Shown: piece by piece, positions 13,941 to 26,431 of the stretch | How the letters are laid out: each line of letters opens with the position of its first letter | How positions within the stretch are numbered: position 1 is the first letter of the stretch | Origin: Mobula birostris | Lineage: Eukaryota | DNA length: 64,000 nt | Direction of reading: 5' to 3' | Assembly (NCBI RefSeq): GCF_030028105.1 | Contig: NC_092371.1 | Span: 215,138,031 to 215,202,030 of the forward strand | Translations under genes and position numbers: made by a program | The notes under the pieces: model-generated | Databases searched by the model: none | What the model saw: only the letters and a program-made list of their open reading frames with translations | What the model was told of the DNA's origin: nothing

Positions 13941-13980
13941 TACAGTCAACGTTTCAGGCCGAGACCCTTCGTCAGGACTA
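13941..13980 (-). ncRNA. Minimal type-I hammerhead ribozyme motif (PLE)
   Basis: Minus strand tagtc-CTGACGA-agggtctcggcct-GAAAC-GTT-gactg; stem I tagtc/gactg. Confidence 0.7.
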
Positions 13981-15412
13981 ACTGAAGGAAGAGTGAGTAA
14001 GAGATTTGAAAGTGGGAGGGGGAGGGGGAGATCCAAAATGATAGAAGACAGGAGGGGGAGGGATGGAGCCAAGAGCTGGACAGGTGATTGGCAAAGGGGA
14101 TATGAGAGGATCATGGGACAGGAGGCCCGGGGAGAAAGGCAAGGGGGGAGAACCCAGAGGATGGGCAAGGGGTATAGTCAGAGGGACAGAGGGAGAAAAA
14201 GGAGAGTGAGAGAAAGAATGTGTGTATATAAATAAAAAATGGATGGGCTACGAGGGGGAGGTGGGGCATTAGCGGAAGTTAGGGAAGTCGATGTTCATGC
14301 CATCAGGTTGGAGGCTACCCAGATGGAATATAAGGTGTTGTTCCTCCAACCTGAGTGTGGCTTCATCTTTACAGTAGAGGAGGCCGTGGATAGACATGTC
14401 AGAATGGGAATGGGGTGTGGAATTAAAATGTGTGGCCACTGGGAGATCCTGCTTTCTCTGGCGGACAGAGCGTAGGTGTTCAGCAAAGCGGTCTCCCAGT
14501 CTGCGTCGGAAGTGTAAGGGCATGTGTAGCACTTGTTCCGCTTAGAAGGATAAGTGCCAGGAGGGAGATCAGTGGGGAGGGATGGGGGGGACGAATGGAC
14601 AAGGGTGTCGCGTAGGGAGCGATCCCTGTGGAAAGCGGGGGGGGGGAGGGAAAGATGTGCTTAGTGGTGGGATCCCGTTGGAGGTGGCGGAAGTTACGGA
14701 GAATAATATGTTGGACCCAGAGGCTGGTGGGGTGGTAGGTGAGGACCAGGAGAACCCTATTCCTTACACTTCCTCCCTCTTCACCATTTAGGGCCCCAGG
14801 CAGTCCTTCCAGGTGAGGCGACACTTCACCTGTGAGTCGGCTGGGGTGATATACTGCGTCCGGTGCTCCCGATGTGGCCTTCTATATATTGGCGAGACCC
14901 GACGCAGACTGGGAGACCGCTTTGCTGAACGCCTACGCTCTGTCCGCCAGAGAAATCAGGATCTCCCAGTGGCCACACATTTTAATTCCACATCCCATTC
15001 CCATTCTGACATGTCTATCCACGGCCTCCTCTACTGTAAAGATGAAGCCACACTCAGGTTGGAGGAACAACACCTTATATTCCGTCTGGGTAGCCTCCAA
15101 CCTGATGGCATGAACATCGACTTCTCTAACTTCAGCTAATACCCCACCTCCCTCTCGTACCCCATCTGTTATTTATTTTTATACACACATTCTTTCTCTC
15201 ACTCTCCTTTTTCTCCCTCTGCCCCTCTGACTATACCCCTTGCCCATCCTCTGGGATCCCCAGGCCTCCTGTCCCATGATCCTCTCATATCCCCTTTGCC
15301 AATCACCTGTTCAGCTCTTGGCTCCATCCCCCCCCCCCCCGTCTTCTCCTATCATTTTGGATCTCCCCCTCCCCCTCCCACTTTCAAATCTCTTACTCAC
15401 TCTTCCTTCAGT

Positions 15413-15450
15413 TAGTCCTGACGAAGGGTCTCGGCCTGAAACGTCGACTG
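15413..15450 (+). ncRNA. Minimal type-I hammerhead ribozyme motif (PLE)
   Basis: tagtc-CTGACGA-agggtctcggcct-GAAAC-GTC-gactg. Intact core, GUC triplet at 15443-15445, loopless palindromic stem III. Confidence 0.75.
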
Positions 15451-15824
15451 TACCTCTTCCTAGAGATGCTGCCTGGCCTGCTGCGTTCACCAGCAACTTG
15501 AATGCTGAGCTATAGTCAATAAAGATCATCCTGATGTATTCATCTTGGCTGTCTACATGTTCTAGGTTTGAGTAGAGAACCAGTAAGATGACATCTGCTA
15601 TGGACCTGTTGCTCCGGTAGGCAAATTGGAGCAGATCCAAGTTACTTCTCGGGCAGGAGTTGATATGTTTCCTCGCCAACCTCTCAAAACACTTCATCAC
15701 TCTGGATGTAAGTGCCACTGGATGATATTAATTGAGGCAAGTTATCACATTCTTCTTGGGCACCAATATAATTGAAGCCTGCTTGAAGCAGAAGGGTACC
15801 TCAGTGAACACTGCAGCCAGACGA

Positions 15825-15844
15825 TCTCTCTCTCTCTCTCTCTC
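15825..15844. repeat. (TC)n microsatellite
   Basis: Ten TC units. Confidence 0.9.
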
Positions 15845-16593
15845 CTTGCTTTCTATTTCACATTTCCCATTGGTGACCCTGGCTTAGACCCTGCAGTTAG
15901 TTGCAAAGTAACAGTACTTCCCTGGGCTGAACCACGAAAGCAGCCACCCATAAATATGGAATCAGCTAGGTTTGGATTTTTCTCTTCTCTGTCAGTGGGC
16001 TCCATCACCCATTGTATTCTTTGTGTCAAACTGCTGTGATGACATCACGTGGAAATATTCTCACAAGCTGTAGACCAGGAAGTAAAAGGCACAATTTTTG
16101 AGAAACACTTTGAACGTAGAAAAATTAAAGGGAATGACAACTGATTCATAATTACAAGGTTAAAGCGATACTGCGATACTTTTTAAATAAACCATTTAAG
16201 TTCAGAAGAATCTGTTGAATGCTGTTAATATTTACTGTGACGGAATAAAAATCCACAAATATAAAACTAATATTTGAGCACCAGAAAACTATTATAACCA
16301 GTATACTATTAAAACCCCATTTATACCTCATGCAACAAAGTTTAATACTTTTACAGTAGCAATAAATGCCTTCGATTTTCATCAGATTCTGGAATTTGGA
16401 AAATCGAAGTTGTATAGATTGCAAAATAGCATTTCCTATTGAGAAGCAGCAAATCGGTATTAGTAATATCCAGATTACCATAATTAACGGTGCAAAATGT
16501 ACTACGGAGATTGTTACCAAATTTGCTGTTTAATGACAAGGTTGCAGTGCAAAACCAGGCATCATCTGCAGCCATGGGGGTCATCTGCTTCAT

Positions 16594-16676
16594 CAGGGGT
16601 TTCCAAGCTGGGAACCACAGACACCTTGCTTAAGGGTATTCATCCACAGCATGAAAAGAAAGGTTGGGAAGCCCTG
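16594..16676. mobile_element. About 80-bp hAT MITE (reverse copy of 2801-2881)
   Basis: caggggtttccaagc...ggttgggaagccctg. Internal ccttgcttaa is the reverse complement of ttaagcaagg in the first copy. Confidence 0.65.
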
Positions 16677-16714
16677 GCTTGAGCTGAATGTATGCTGAAA
16701 ATATTTGGCTCATT

Positions 16715-17095
16715 TTCTCTGACACCCCTCTTGGATCCCAGTGGCAAATTCCCCACTCTTACCTCTTCTCTTCTCCTCACCTGCCTATCATCTACCCCGG
16801 AGTCCATCCCCTTCCCTTTCTCCCATGGTTCACTCTCCCCTTCTATCAGGTTCCTTCTTCTCCAGCCCTTTGCCTTTTCCACCTATCACCTTACCTCAGT
16901 CCTCCCGTCCCTCCCCCCACCCAGCTGGCTTCACCTATCGCCTTCGAGCTTATACTCCTTCTTATTCTGGCTTCTTCCCCTTTCCAGTTTTGCCCTGATG
17001 AAGGGACCCGGCCCAAAGTGCCAACTATTTATTCATTTCCATAGATGCAACCTCACATGCTGAGTTCCTCCAGCATTTTGTATGTGATTCTGGAT
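16715..17095 (+). mobile_element. Penelope-like 3' fragment (older subfamily) with a decayed HHR
   Basis: Pyrimidine-rich pLTR body, cctgatgaagggacccggccc, and the gctgagttcctccagcattttg tail. Confidence 0.7.
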
Positions 17096-17873
17096 ATTGA
17101 GTCTCAAATGGGCCGTAGCAGTTTCTTTGATGAAATCCTTCATTAATCTCTTGCAACAGTTTCATTACTCTGCTTGGCATATTTGCATTCTTAGCGTCTT
17201 ATTTTTAAAACATAAGGTGAACTTCCAGTATTATGCATTTTCCATCACAGCAAACCCTTTTACTTTCATGTATGTTACAACTCCACTTTATGTCAGCTCA
17301 TTAGCCACTAGAAGTATCATCCTGAGTCCTGTCACTCAAAATTTGACTATTACAATGCTCTCCTGGGAAGTGTTATAATCTTTTTATTAAATAAACTCCA
17401 TCTTAAGCCATTTGCTGCTGCCCATGTTTTATCTCTGAGGTAGTCACTGTTCAAAGAAGCAGAATTAATTTGAAGCATAAACACATAAAAACTGAAACCA
17501 GTCAGTTTTTTAATATTATGCTTCTTATTAATATTTTTGGTGTTTTCCAGGAATATCCTCAGTGCAGGTGGAAATTCAAATAGGGATTAGTTCAGTTTGT
17601 GTCATTCTGGGGAGAACAAAATTAAAAGTATTGTGAAGAGGTTTAATTGCAACAGAGGGAAAAGCCTGCACCTGCCTTTATCTATCTAATCACTTCTGTA
17701 AATCCAGGTACATCCAGGTGAGGAAGTTATTGAAGAGATTCCAGGTCAGCAAGATGGCAGTAATTGATATGCCCCATGACTAGATGCGAACAGAAGGTTA
17801 AAACGTTCTGTAATAGGAATGATACTGCCATTGTCAGATATTTATCTACATAAAGCTTATCACCTGGTACATA

Positions 17874-18352
17874 ACAACAGGAATTCTGCAGATGCTGGAA
17901 ATTCAAGCAACACATATCAAAGTTGCTGGTGAATGCAGCAGGCGAGGCAGCATCTCTAGGAAGAGGTACAGTCGACGCTTCAGGCCGAGATCCTTCATCA
18001 GGACTAACTGAAGGAAGAGTTAGTAAGAGATTTGAAAGTGGGAGGGGGAGATCCAAAATGATAGGAGAAAACAGGAGGGGGAGGAACCATGATCCTCTCA
18101 TATCCCCTTTGCCTGTCCCATGATCCTCTCATATCCCCTTTGCCAATCACCTGTCCAGCTCCTGGCTCCATCCCTCCTCCTCCTGTCTTCTCCTATCATT
18201 TTGGATCTCCCCCTTCCCCTCCCACTTTCAAATCTCTTACTAACTCTTCCTTCAGTTAGTCCTGACGAAGGGTCTTGGCCTGAAATGTCGACTGTACCTC
18301 TTCCTAGAGATGCTGCCTGGCCTGCTGCGTTCACCAGCAACTTTGATGTGTG
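17874..18352. mobile_element. Short fold-back PLE insertion, same subfamily as 13850-15497
   Basis: Inverted arms. TSD tcacctggtacata at 17860-17873 and 18353-18366. HHR motifs at 17969-18006 (-) and 18257-18294 (+). Confidence 0.9.
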
Positions 18353-18914
18353 TCACCTGGTACATAGCAACATTATTTAATCCACTCTTTACCAAATCAT
18401 TAAACAGGTTGTTCATTTGTGCAAACAGAATCATCCAGTCCCTGGTTCCAATCCTACCTCCTGTACAAGCTCAATTTATATCTAGAAAACATGTCCAGAT
18501 CTTCTAGGTGCCAGCATTTTCCCTAGACAATTCTCCATGTTCCTTCCATTGTTGTGCTCCCGTTGGGTGTTTGCCTAGTAACAGAGATGGCCAGCATTCT
18601 GAACCTGCAAAATTTCTGCTGGCTTCTGGGCCGAGCATTAAGGTCTGTAGCTAGTGTCTCCACCCTGATGCTGACTGGCTCCCATTCAACCATAAAATGA
18701 TTTGGGAAGATAAGTCTTGTTTTCATTTGATATTCTACATGATGTCTGAAATTTCTAAAGCTTTCTTTTTCCAGCAATAAGGTACCTATGGATTCAGATA
18801 TTTAGCCATCAATGTTAACACAGAATATCTGATTTCTAATTGCAGACACTGTTGTAATGTATGAAAATCTTCAATCAATTTTCACATAGGAAGATTCTGC
18901 AAATAATGCAGTTT

Positions 18915-19505
18915 GAGGCCTCTGTTGGTCAGGGTCAACCACGGATGCTGTGTCCTAGCTGTCATGCTCAAACCAGGGCAGTATGAAATGGAGAGCATCT
19001 GTTGCCTATGGAGGAGGCTCCCCCCTCCACGCAGCTGATGAATCTAAAGGATCTTCCAAGACTGATACATTTTGGCACCAGCAGCATCGCAGAAGTTGCC
19101 AGTCAGGGTTAAACAACGTTGGACACCTTTAGGAACCCCAGCTTTGCATCTTTCCTCGTTGTTTACTCCCGAGGCCTTCCCCACGAGTGAGTAGAATCGC
19201 AAGGCAAAGAAGGTTTGAGGTCAGAGTTGTACTTCTTCTAGATAAGCTGCCAACCATGGCTGACAAGCTTCATCTGCCTGAAGTGATTGGTTTTAAGGCT
19301 ACAGTAACTCGCCTTAGTCTCTTTTTCTGTCAATAGAAATAGTTCTGCCGTCCTCAGTAGCTAAGCCACATGTGAAGGCCAGGAGCTGGACTTGGAGGGT
19401 ATTTGAGATGCACGCCATTGGGAGCATTTAATAGGTAGAGGGAGCTTATCCTCACTACCACCAACTGCACTCCCCCCCCCCCCCAACCCAGCTATGACAA
19501 CTTTA
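18915..19505 (-). mobile_element. Non-coding RTE-type interspersed repeat, apparently inserted in an older Deu-like SINE (about 18830-19730)
   Basis: Resembles RTE 5'UTR-derived repeats. The flank ctcggtttt...catctgcaagatagcagc...gtgcagcact resembles a decayed Deu domain. Recognised from memory only. Confidence 0.4.
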
Positions 19506-20449
19506 AGGATCCAACAATATATCAGCAGATATTCTGTTCAAGATTTGGTGGTTAATGCTACAAAATGAGGAAAACTTCCTGACATTCTTTCAACCTACCC
19601 AATGTCTTTTTTCATGTTAAGGGAACAAGATCTCGGTTTTCTGATACATCTGCAAGATAGCAGCTTTGAAGTGCAGCACTAAATAATGGCCCGGATTAGG
19701 AGCAAACGTTTCTGGCCTGCAAGTTCATCTCAAAACAATAAAAGTTATAGGAAGTCTTGATCAAATTGCAAACTGTTTTGGCTACATCATATCTTACAAG
19801 TGTAAGTATGATGCCTACTATTAACCATCAAATGCAAGAAATATTCTCACACACTGGAGGTAGTCCAGATAAGAGCTGCAAGACTATTGTTCTCATCTGA
19901 AGAATGAGTATAAAGATTAAGGGCCAGAGAACTGAACAAAACATTATAACTGAAAGCTTCACATGTTGGAAAACTTACGTTGTACATCTGGTCAGTTCAG
20001 TCCAGATGAGCTGATGGAAATGGGCAATCACATTGGCAGTGTGGCTTATAAAGGATAATCAGGAGACTGCTAGAATCTGGGGGTGCTCAAAGAAACTGAA
20101 GGGCTGAGCCATGGAAGGAGATGGGCAGTGTTGCAAAATTAGAAGTGGGGAGGGAAGCTACATGAGTGGCAGTGCAATGGAAAACCACTGATGGAGACAG
20201 AAATCCTGCCCCACATTTTCAAAGTTCATGGATGAGCACAGGACCAAGGACCAAAGGCTGGACAATGAACATAATCTGCTTTGATAGCCAAGGACACGAA
20301 CAGCTGAACACCACTGTAAGTTTTTATAACAGTATGAGAATATGAACTTGATGGCTGGATGGGATGTTGAGGTTTTGTATAACCAGCTTCGAACTGAAAT
20401 AAGTACTGGTAAGGTTGGAGAGAGCCAGTGCAAGTGGTAGAGTTGGTTA

Positions 20450-20610
20450 TAGTTACAGTGTTTGAAAGAAAGTTGGACAGGTTCGTGGATAGGAAAGGCT
20501 TAGAGGGATGTGGGCCAAATGTAGGCAGATGTGATTAGCTCAGGAAGCTTGGTTGGCATGAAAAAGTTGAGATGGAGGGCATGGTTTGTGCTCTACGACT
20601 CTCTGACTAG
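20450..20610 (+). mobile_element. CR1 3' tail
   Basis: ttggacagg..ggataggaaaggcttagaggga..gggccaaatg...gtgctctacgactct. Confidence 0.6.
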
Positions 20611-20735
20611 AAAACTTTTGGTGAGGGACAAAGCCAATAGTTTGCTTTCTAAATGTTTAAATAGAAGAGACTGCCACTTGGTGAAAATGACCAGTCAAAC
20701 AACCTGACCTCACATGGGAAACCCAGTTAATCCTA

Positions 20736-20749
20736 CTGCCACCTAGTGG
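20736..20749 (-). promoter_or_regulatory. Candidate CTCF site
   Basis: Reverse complement CCACTAGGTGGCAG matches the CTCF core consensus. A weaker co-oriented copy lies at 20671-20684. Confidence 0.5.
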
Positions 20750-22859
20750 TGGTTTAAGAACGTCAATTGCAAAAGCAGTAAATATACTGCAATATGGATT
20801 AAACACCCTCCTCTGGAGGCCCGTGGAACTATCACTAAAGTGGTATGGTTAACAATGACCCAACAGATCCTAAAACTTGACTAATGTGACGTCTTCCTCT
20901 TCCAGGAGGGTAACTTGCCAATTTATGACAACAAGTCCTATGGTAGGATCACACTAACATCTGCAGCGCAAGTTTTATTCTGTAGAAGCCATTGGAGTAG
21001 AACATAATTTTCCTTAAAAAATAATAATTTATTGTTTCAAAATAGATTCAAGAACCTATCACCCTCAATGTCCCCAAAGCACTCCCAGGGTTTTACCAGG
21101 CTGCTGGTAGAAATTGCCTTTGGCATATTGGATACCACCTTCATCCATACTTTGAGCTACCTTTGCACAAGCAGGTCACTGATGCAAGCTGAAGGAGATA
21201 TGAGTACGCTGCTGAAAGTTCCAGGTGACTTGCCAGCCAGCTACCATGACTTAGGATCAATAACTTATATTTTGGATAAAGGTAGTGGGTTGGTTATATT
21301 GTTGGTCTAGTAATCTTGAAGCAGCCACAAAGACATTCAATTTGCATCATAGCAGTTTGTAAATCTGAATCTGAAATAAAGAGCCAATATCCATATACAG
21401 ATCCAGGACAACGTTGGATAGCTGTGAAAATTCAATTCATTTAACAATATTCTAATTCCAGACTCATATCATTGCAGATGGGCAGAAGTGGAATTTGCTC
21501 CTGTTAGCCTACTTAGAGAGCTGCCTTGACCTTGTTTTTTGCCAGTGAGTCCAATCACAACAGAACACTCTACTTTTGAATCATGTGGAAGATTGACTCA
21601 CAATTTCATTGGTTATGAATCTGTTTTCCAGGAGCAATGTTATGCTGCTTATCTCTGATGAGTTCCTTCAGGTTTGAACCAACTCAGTGATGAGAAGGAC
21701 CTCCTTGCAAATGCTCCGCACATTCAGTTAATGGGCCAATCAAATGTACACTGAATAAATGACCCCACTGGTTTTGATTTGTCATTTTGTTCACAGTGAT
21801 TTATAACTAACTAAGCAAATACAGAGTAAGATTGCTGTGAAGTTGGGTGTTACGTATCTAAACTGCTGATTATCACATTTGCAGAAAAAGCTCAGTGTTA
21901 CACGACTGATTCGTTGAAAGCATTTAACTGTGTTAGAAAAATATACTCAACAGTCTTCAGGGTGCCAGCATTTCTATATACTGGAATTTTTTTATCTTGG
22001 GCCATCTGCTTACGACATCACTATAACATCACTAATGAATGCATTTTACTTCACAATCTATTGAATAAGATTCAACATAAATATATACTCTGTGTTGATA
22101 TTTTCAACATTAATTTCTATGCCAATAGATTCTTGCTGGAGAAAAAACAAGTTTATTCAGATTGCAACATTAATTTTTGTAAATGTCAACTAACTTGTTA
22201 ATTAATGTTGACTGTCTAAAATACCTGAGTTAGTTAAATTGTGCTAATTGGCATTTCATATTATTGCTTATGGTTTTAAGTAGGTTGGTTACCACTGCCT
22301 GTTGTATTTGGAAGTTCTGGATATGATTGGTTAATGAGATTCTACAGTAGTATGGCACTATGGTGACAAAACTAATATACAAATATATTAAATGAAGGAT
22401 AAAAGAAGTTATTCGGGTAATCCTATCTGTTTGATGGACAAATAAGCATGAATAATCTCAATGATTAATTTCTATATGCTGGCTCTCTGGATAAATCTAA
22501 CAAGGGACCAAGCAGAGAATGGGCTATTTTAGATCTTGAGTAAAGAGAAATGCTTAATCAATAATCTGGTAGTTATGAAGCCTTTAAGGGAATATTGATC
22601 ATAACATGTATATAAATATTGGAAAATTTTTCATTCAATCTGATTCTATCATCATAAACTTGCATAAAGCAAACTACAAAGGCATGAACTCTTAGAGAAT
22701 GTACTATCATCAGCCTGTGTGAAGTTTATTCTGCACCCTTATGTTTTTTGTCTTTGGTTCTACTGATGCTCCAAGATGTAATTAAATATGTAAAAAAATA
22801 TAAGATCATGAATTTTTGGGAAAAAAAGGAAGACAGAGGAAAGGAAAAATGGTGAGATA

Positions 22860-23420
22860 TTGAAAGGTATTCAGATGTAACCAGGTGCCTTTGCATAGGA
22901 AGTATTGAAAATTATCATGCAGGTTCTGCAAGCAATCAGGCAGGCAAATGGTATGCTGACCTTTACGCAGAGAATTTGATAATCAAGGATACTTGGCTCC
23001 AAGCATTTGGCTGTGCAGAGTTTGCAAATGGAAGATTGTGTACTGGTCTGCTGCTCTCAATACCCAAGAACGGTTTGCTAGATTGATTCCTCCAATGTTA
23101 GGTTTGTTGAATGACGAGACATTGATTCTTTCAAAAGTTTAGAAGAATGGGAAGTGATCTCATCTATCAGAAATGTACAACATTAGAAAGGACAGACGTA
23201 GATAGAGTTGACGCTTACCTTGGTTGGGGTGTTTAGAACCAGAAATCAGTGTTTCAGAATGAGTAAACTGACCATTCATGGCAGAACTGAGATGAAGTTT
23301 CTTAGACATGCCCTTAAAATTCTTTACCTGAGTGAGCTGGAGGCTGCAGCTGATAGTTATAGACCTAGATATTAGGGGAATCAGAGGATGAAGAATTAGT
23401 GCAGGAAAGTGGCACTGAGA
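22860..23420 (+). mobile_element. Highly degenerate CR1 ORF2 3' part
   Basis: aggcaaatggtatgctg.cctt, tttagaagaatg, gatattaggggaatcagaggat remnants. Confidence 0.5.
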
Positions 23421-23439
23421 TACAAGAGGCCCACTTTCA

Positions 23440-25070
23440 GAGAACATAGAACGTAGAACAGTACTGCACAGGCACAAGCCCTTCGGCCCACAATGTTGTG
23501 CTGAACAAACTAAAAAATCTAAAACTAATATCTTCCAACTGCACAATGTCCATATCCCTCCATCCTCTTCACATTCATGTGCCTATCTACATGTCTCTTA
23601 AAAGCCTCTAATGTATTTGCCTGTACCAACGTACCAGGCAGCACATTCCACCCCGTCTAACCTTCAATGCATGCTCTCTGGTATTAGACATTTCTATCCC
23701 AGGAAGAAGATACTCCCTGCCTACTCTATCTATGCCTCTCTTAATCTTATAAACCCCTGTCAGATGTCCCCTCCGCCTCCGCCACTCCAAAGAAAACAGA
23801 CCAAGTTTGTCTGGCCTCTCATGATAGCACATGCCCTCTAAACCAGACTGGTAAATCTCTTCTGCAGCCTCTCCAAAGCCTCAACATCCTTCCTGTAGTG
23901 TGGTGACCAGAACTGTATGCAATACTCCAGACGTGGCCTCACCAGATTTTTATAAGGTTGCAACATAACCTCTTGACTTTTGACCTCAGTGCTTTGTTTA
24001 ATAAAAGCAAGCATTCTATAAGACTTCTTAACCACCCTATTGACTTGTGTGCCCACTTTCAAGGAGCTATGAACTTGGACCCCAAAGTCTCTCTGCTCAG
24101 CAACATTTGCCCTACCAAAGTGCAACACCTCACACTTATTTCCATCTGCCTTTTCTCTGCCCATATCTGTAACTGATCTTTATTATGCTTTATTCTTTGT
24201 CAGTCTTCTACACTATCCACAACTCCAACAATTGTGGTATCATTTCCAAACTTACTAACCCACCCATCTACATTTTCATTCAGGTCATTTATATACATCA
24301 AAACAGCAAAGGTCCCAGCACGGATCCCTGCGGAACTCCACTAATTACAGATCTCCAGCTTGACTAAGTTCCTTCGGCCACTACCCTCGATCTTCTATGC
24401 GCAGGCCAGTTCAGAATCCAAGCAGTCAATTCACTGCAGACTCAATGCATCCTAATCTTCTGGATTGGTCTCCCATGAGGGACTTTGTTAAATGCCTTAC
24501 TAAAATCCATGTGGACAACATCCACTGCCTTACCTTTATCAATCTCTCTCATCACCTTTTCAAAAAAACTTAATCACATTGATAAGACATGACCTGGCCT
24601 GCATTAAGCCATGTTAGTCCTTCCTAATTAGACCATAGATTTCCAAATGGTCTAATATCCTATCCCTATGAATTTTCCCCAGCAATTTCCCTTCAACTGA
24701 CGTGAGACTCATCGGCCCATAGTTCCCAGGATTTTCCCTTGTTCCCTTCTTAAATAGAGGTTCAACATTAGCCACTTGCCAGTTCTCCAGGGCCTCGCCT
24801 GTGCTTAACAGGGGACATGAAGATACTGGTCAAGGCTCCAGCAATCTCACCTCTTACCTCCCTCCATAACCTGGAGTAAATTCCATCCGGCCCTGAGGAA
24901 TTATCCATCTTAATACTCATTAGGAAGTCCAACACTTCCCCCTCCTTGACCTCAAAATGCCCCATCATATTTATACACTCAGCACTGATCTCCTGGTCCT
25001 CCATGTCCTTTCCCTTGGTAAATCCTGAAGCAAAGTACTCATTAAGTACCTCACTCACATTCTCCGCATC
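23440..25070 (-). mobile_element. CR1 LINE (RT and 3' end)
   Basis: LNEYFASGFT, SSGPDGIYSRL, KCEVLHFG, LVRPRLEYCIQFWSPHYRKD motifs; (AACATAG)n-type tail. Confidence 0.9.
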
Positions 25071-25139
25071 TAGTCAGTAATTGATTAGGCAGGTGGGTGG
25101 GACCGAACAGTTTACTCTTGATTTGTTATTTTCTCTTAT

Positions 25140-25490
25140 ATATGTTGAGAAGCATTGATTGTATGGATAGTCAGGGGCTTTTTCCCAGGGCTGAAATGGC
25201 TAACATGAGAGGGCACAGTTTTAAGGTGCTTAGAAGGTACAGAGGAGATGTCAGGGGTAAGTTTTTTTACGCAGAGTGGTGAAAGCATGGAATGGGCTGC
25301 CGGCGATGGTGGTGGAGGCGGAAATGATAGGGTCTTTTGAGAGACTCCTGGATAGGTACATGGAGCTTAGAAAAATAGAGGGCTATGGGTAACCCTAGGT
25401 AATTTCTCAAGAAAGGACATGTTCAGCACAGCTTTGTGGGCTGAAGGGCCTGTACTGTGCTGTATGTTTTCTATGTTTCTATGTTTGCTC
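25140..25490 (+). mobile_element. CR1 3' fragment
   Basis: DSQGLFPRAEMANMRGHSFKV; tail ttctatgtttctatg. Same subfamily as 42920-43708 and 56867-58092. Confidence 0.85.
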
Positions 25491-25949
25491 TCTTTCATCC
25501 TCCCCTTCCCCTAACAGACGACATTTCTTTTGTCCTTGAGCTCTTGAATAGAATAAATATTGTCAGAATCTCTGCATGTATTTAGGGAGGGCAATATTCC
25601 TGCTCCAGTGTCCCACAAATTGACTATTGCTTAGAGAGCAACTCAGTGAAGCAGAATTCCACTACCCATCTCATCAAACTCTGATTCACAAGAGATGTAG
25701 GGCAAATAGAGTAAGCTGCAGTAAGAGGATCCCAGCCTGACTCAGGGAAGCTTTGCCAAAGTCAGGCAACTGACAACATCCATTTTTCAGCACTATTATA
25801 TTTGCAAATAATGCACTTAGCTGTGCCTCGTTTATAGAAGCAGAAGTATCATCTATCCTGTGAGCAAGAGAGCAAAATGAAATCCTATAATGTTATAAAA
25901 TAGCAATATTTCCAATGTGTCACTATGTGGTCTTACACATGGGAATACC

Positions 25950-26190
25950 CCATTGGAGAGGGTCCAGAGGAGGTTCAGGATAATGATCCTGGCAATGAAA
26001 GGGTTAATGCATGAGGATCATTTGATGGCTCTGGGCCTGTACTCGCTGAGCTTTAGGAGAATGAGGGCATCTCATTGAAACCTAACTGAAGGATTCAGCC
26101 ATGAACTGAAGGATTCAGCCATGATGGTATGGCAGAGCAGGCTTGATGGGCTGAATGGCCTAATTCTGCTCCATGTTTTATGGCTTTGTG
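25950..26190 (+). mobile_element. CR1 fragment with a 20-bp tandem duplication (26084-26123)
   Basis: ttggagagggtccagaggaggttca; aactgaaggattcagccatg twice; gggctgaatggcctaattctgctcc tail. Confidence 0.7.
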
Positions 26191-26431
26191 GTCATTCTTC
26201 AAAAACATAAGTTTTCATTTCATTGAAGTTCATTTTACATTGAGCTTAATACATGCAATATTGCAGGTGAATGGCTAATTCCTTGGCAGCAGCCTTGATA
26301 TTTAACGCTAGTCTACTTTGCCACTGAATATGAGCGTGGATAGTAGGTCAAATTCCTTTGCAGCCTGTGATTTTCTTGGCTTAGTGCCCTTCATTCACAC
26401 CCTGAGGCACTAACAGAGCAGATTAAATGAC

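Larger units (their letters stand above)
13850..15497. mobile_element. Penelope-like element, fold-back (inverted) insertion with a GIY-YIG endonuclease fragment
   Basis: 14813-15139 encodes FTCESAGVIYCVRCSRCGLLYIGETRRRLGDRF...HF...E..LI.RLGSLQPDGMN (GIY-YIG). Arms 13850-14509 and about 14899-15497 are reverse complements. TSD ttgaatgctgag at 13838-13849 and 15498-15509. Confidence 0.92.
12835..15805 (-). mobile_element. Rex1/Babar-type LINE, interrupted by the PLE insertion at 13850-15497
   Basis: RT motifs [55 protein letters not shown]-terminal GRRYRSLRSHTT...SYYPSTIRLL. Confidence 0.85.

Noticed and set aside
13815-18380. Repeated ORFs containing SPDEGSRPET / MLVNAAGQAAS
   Set aside because: Translations of the non-coding PLE terminus; PDEG..PET is simply the hammerhead sequence read as codons.
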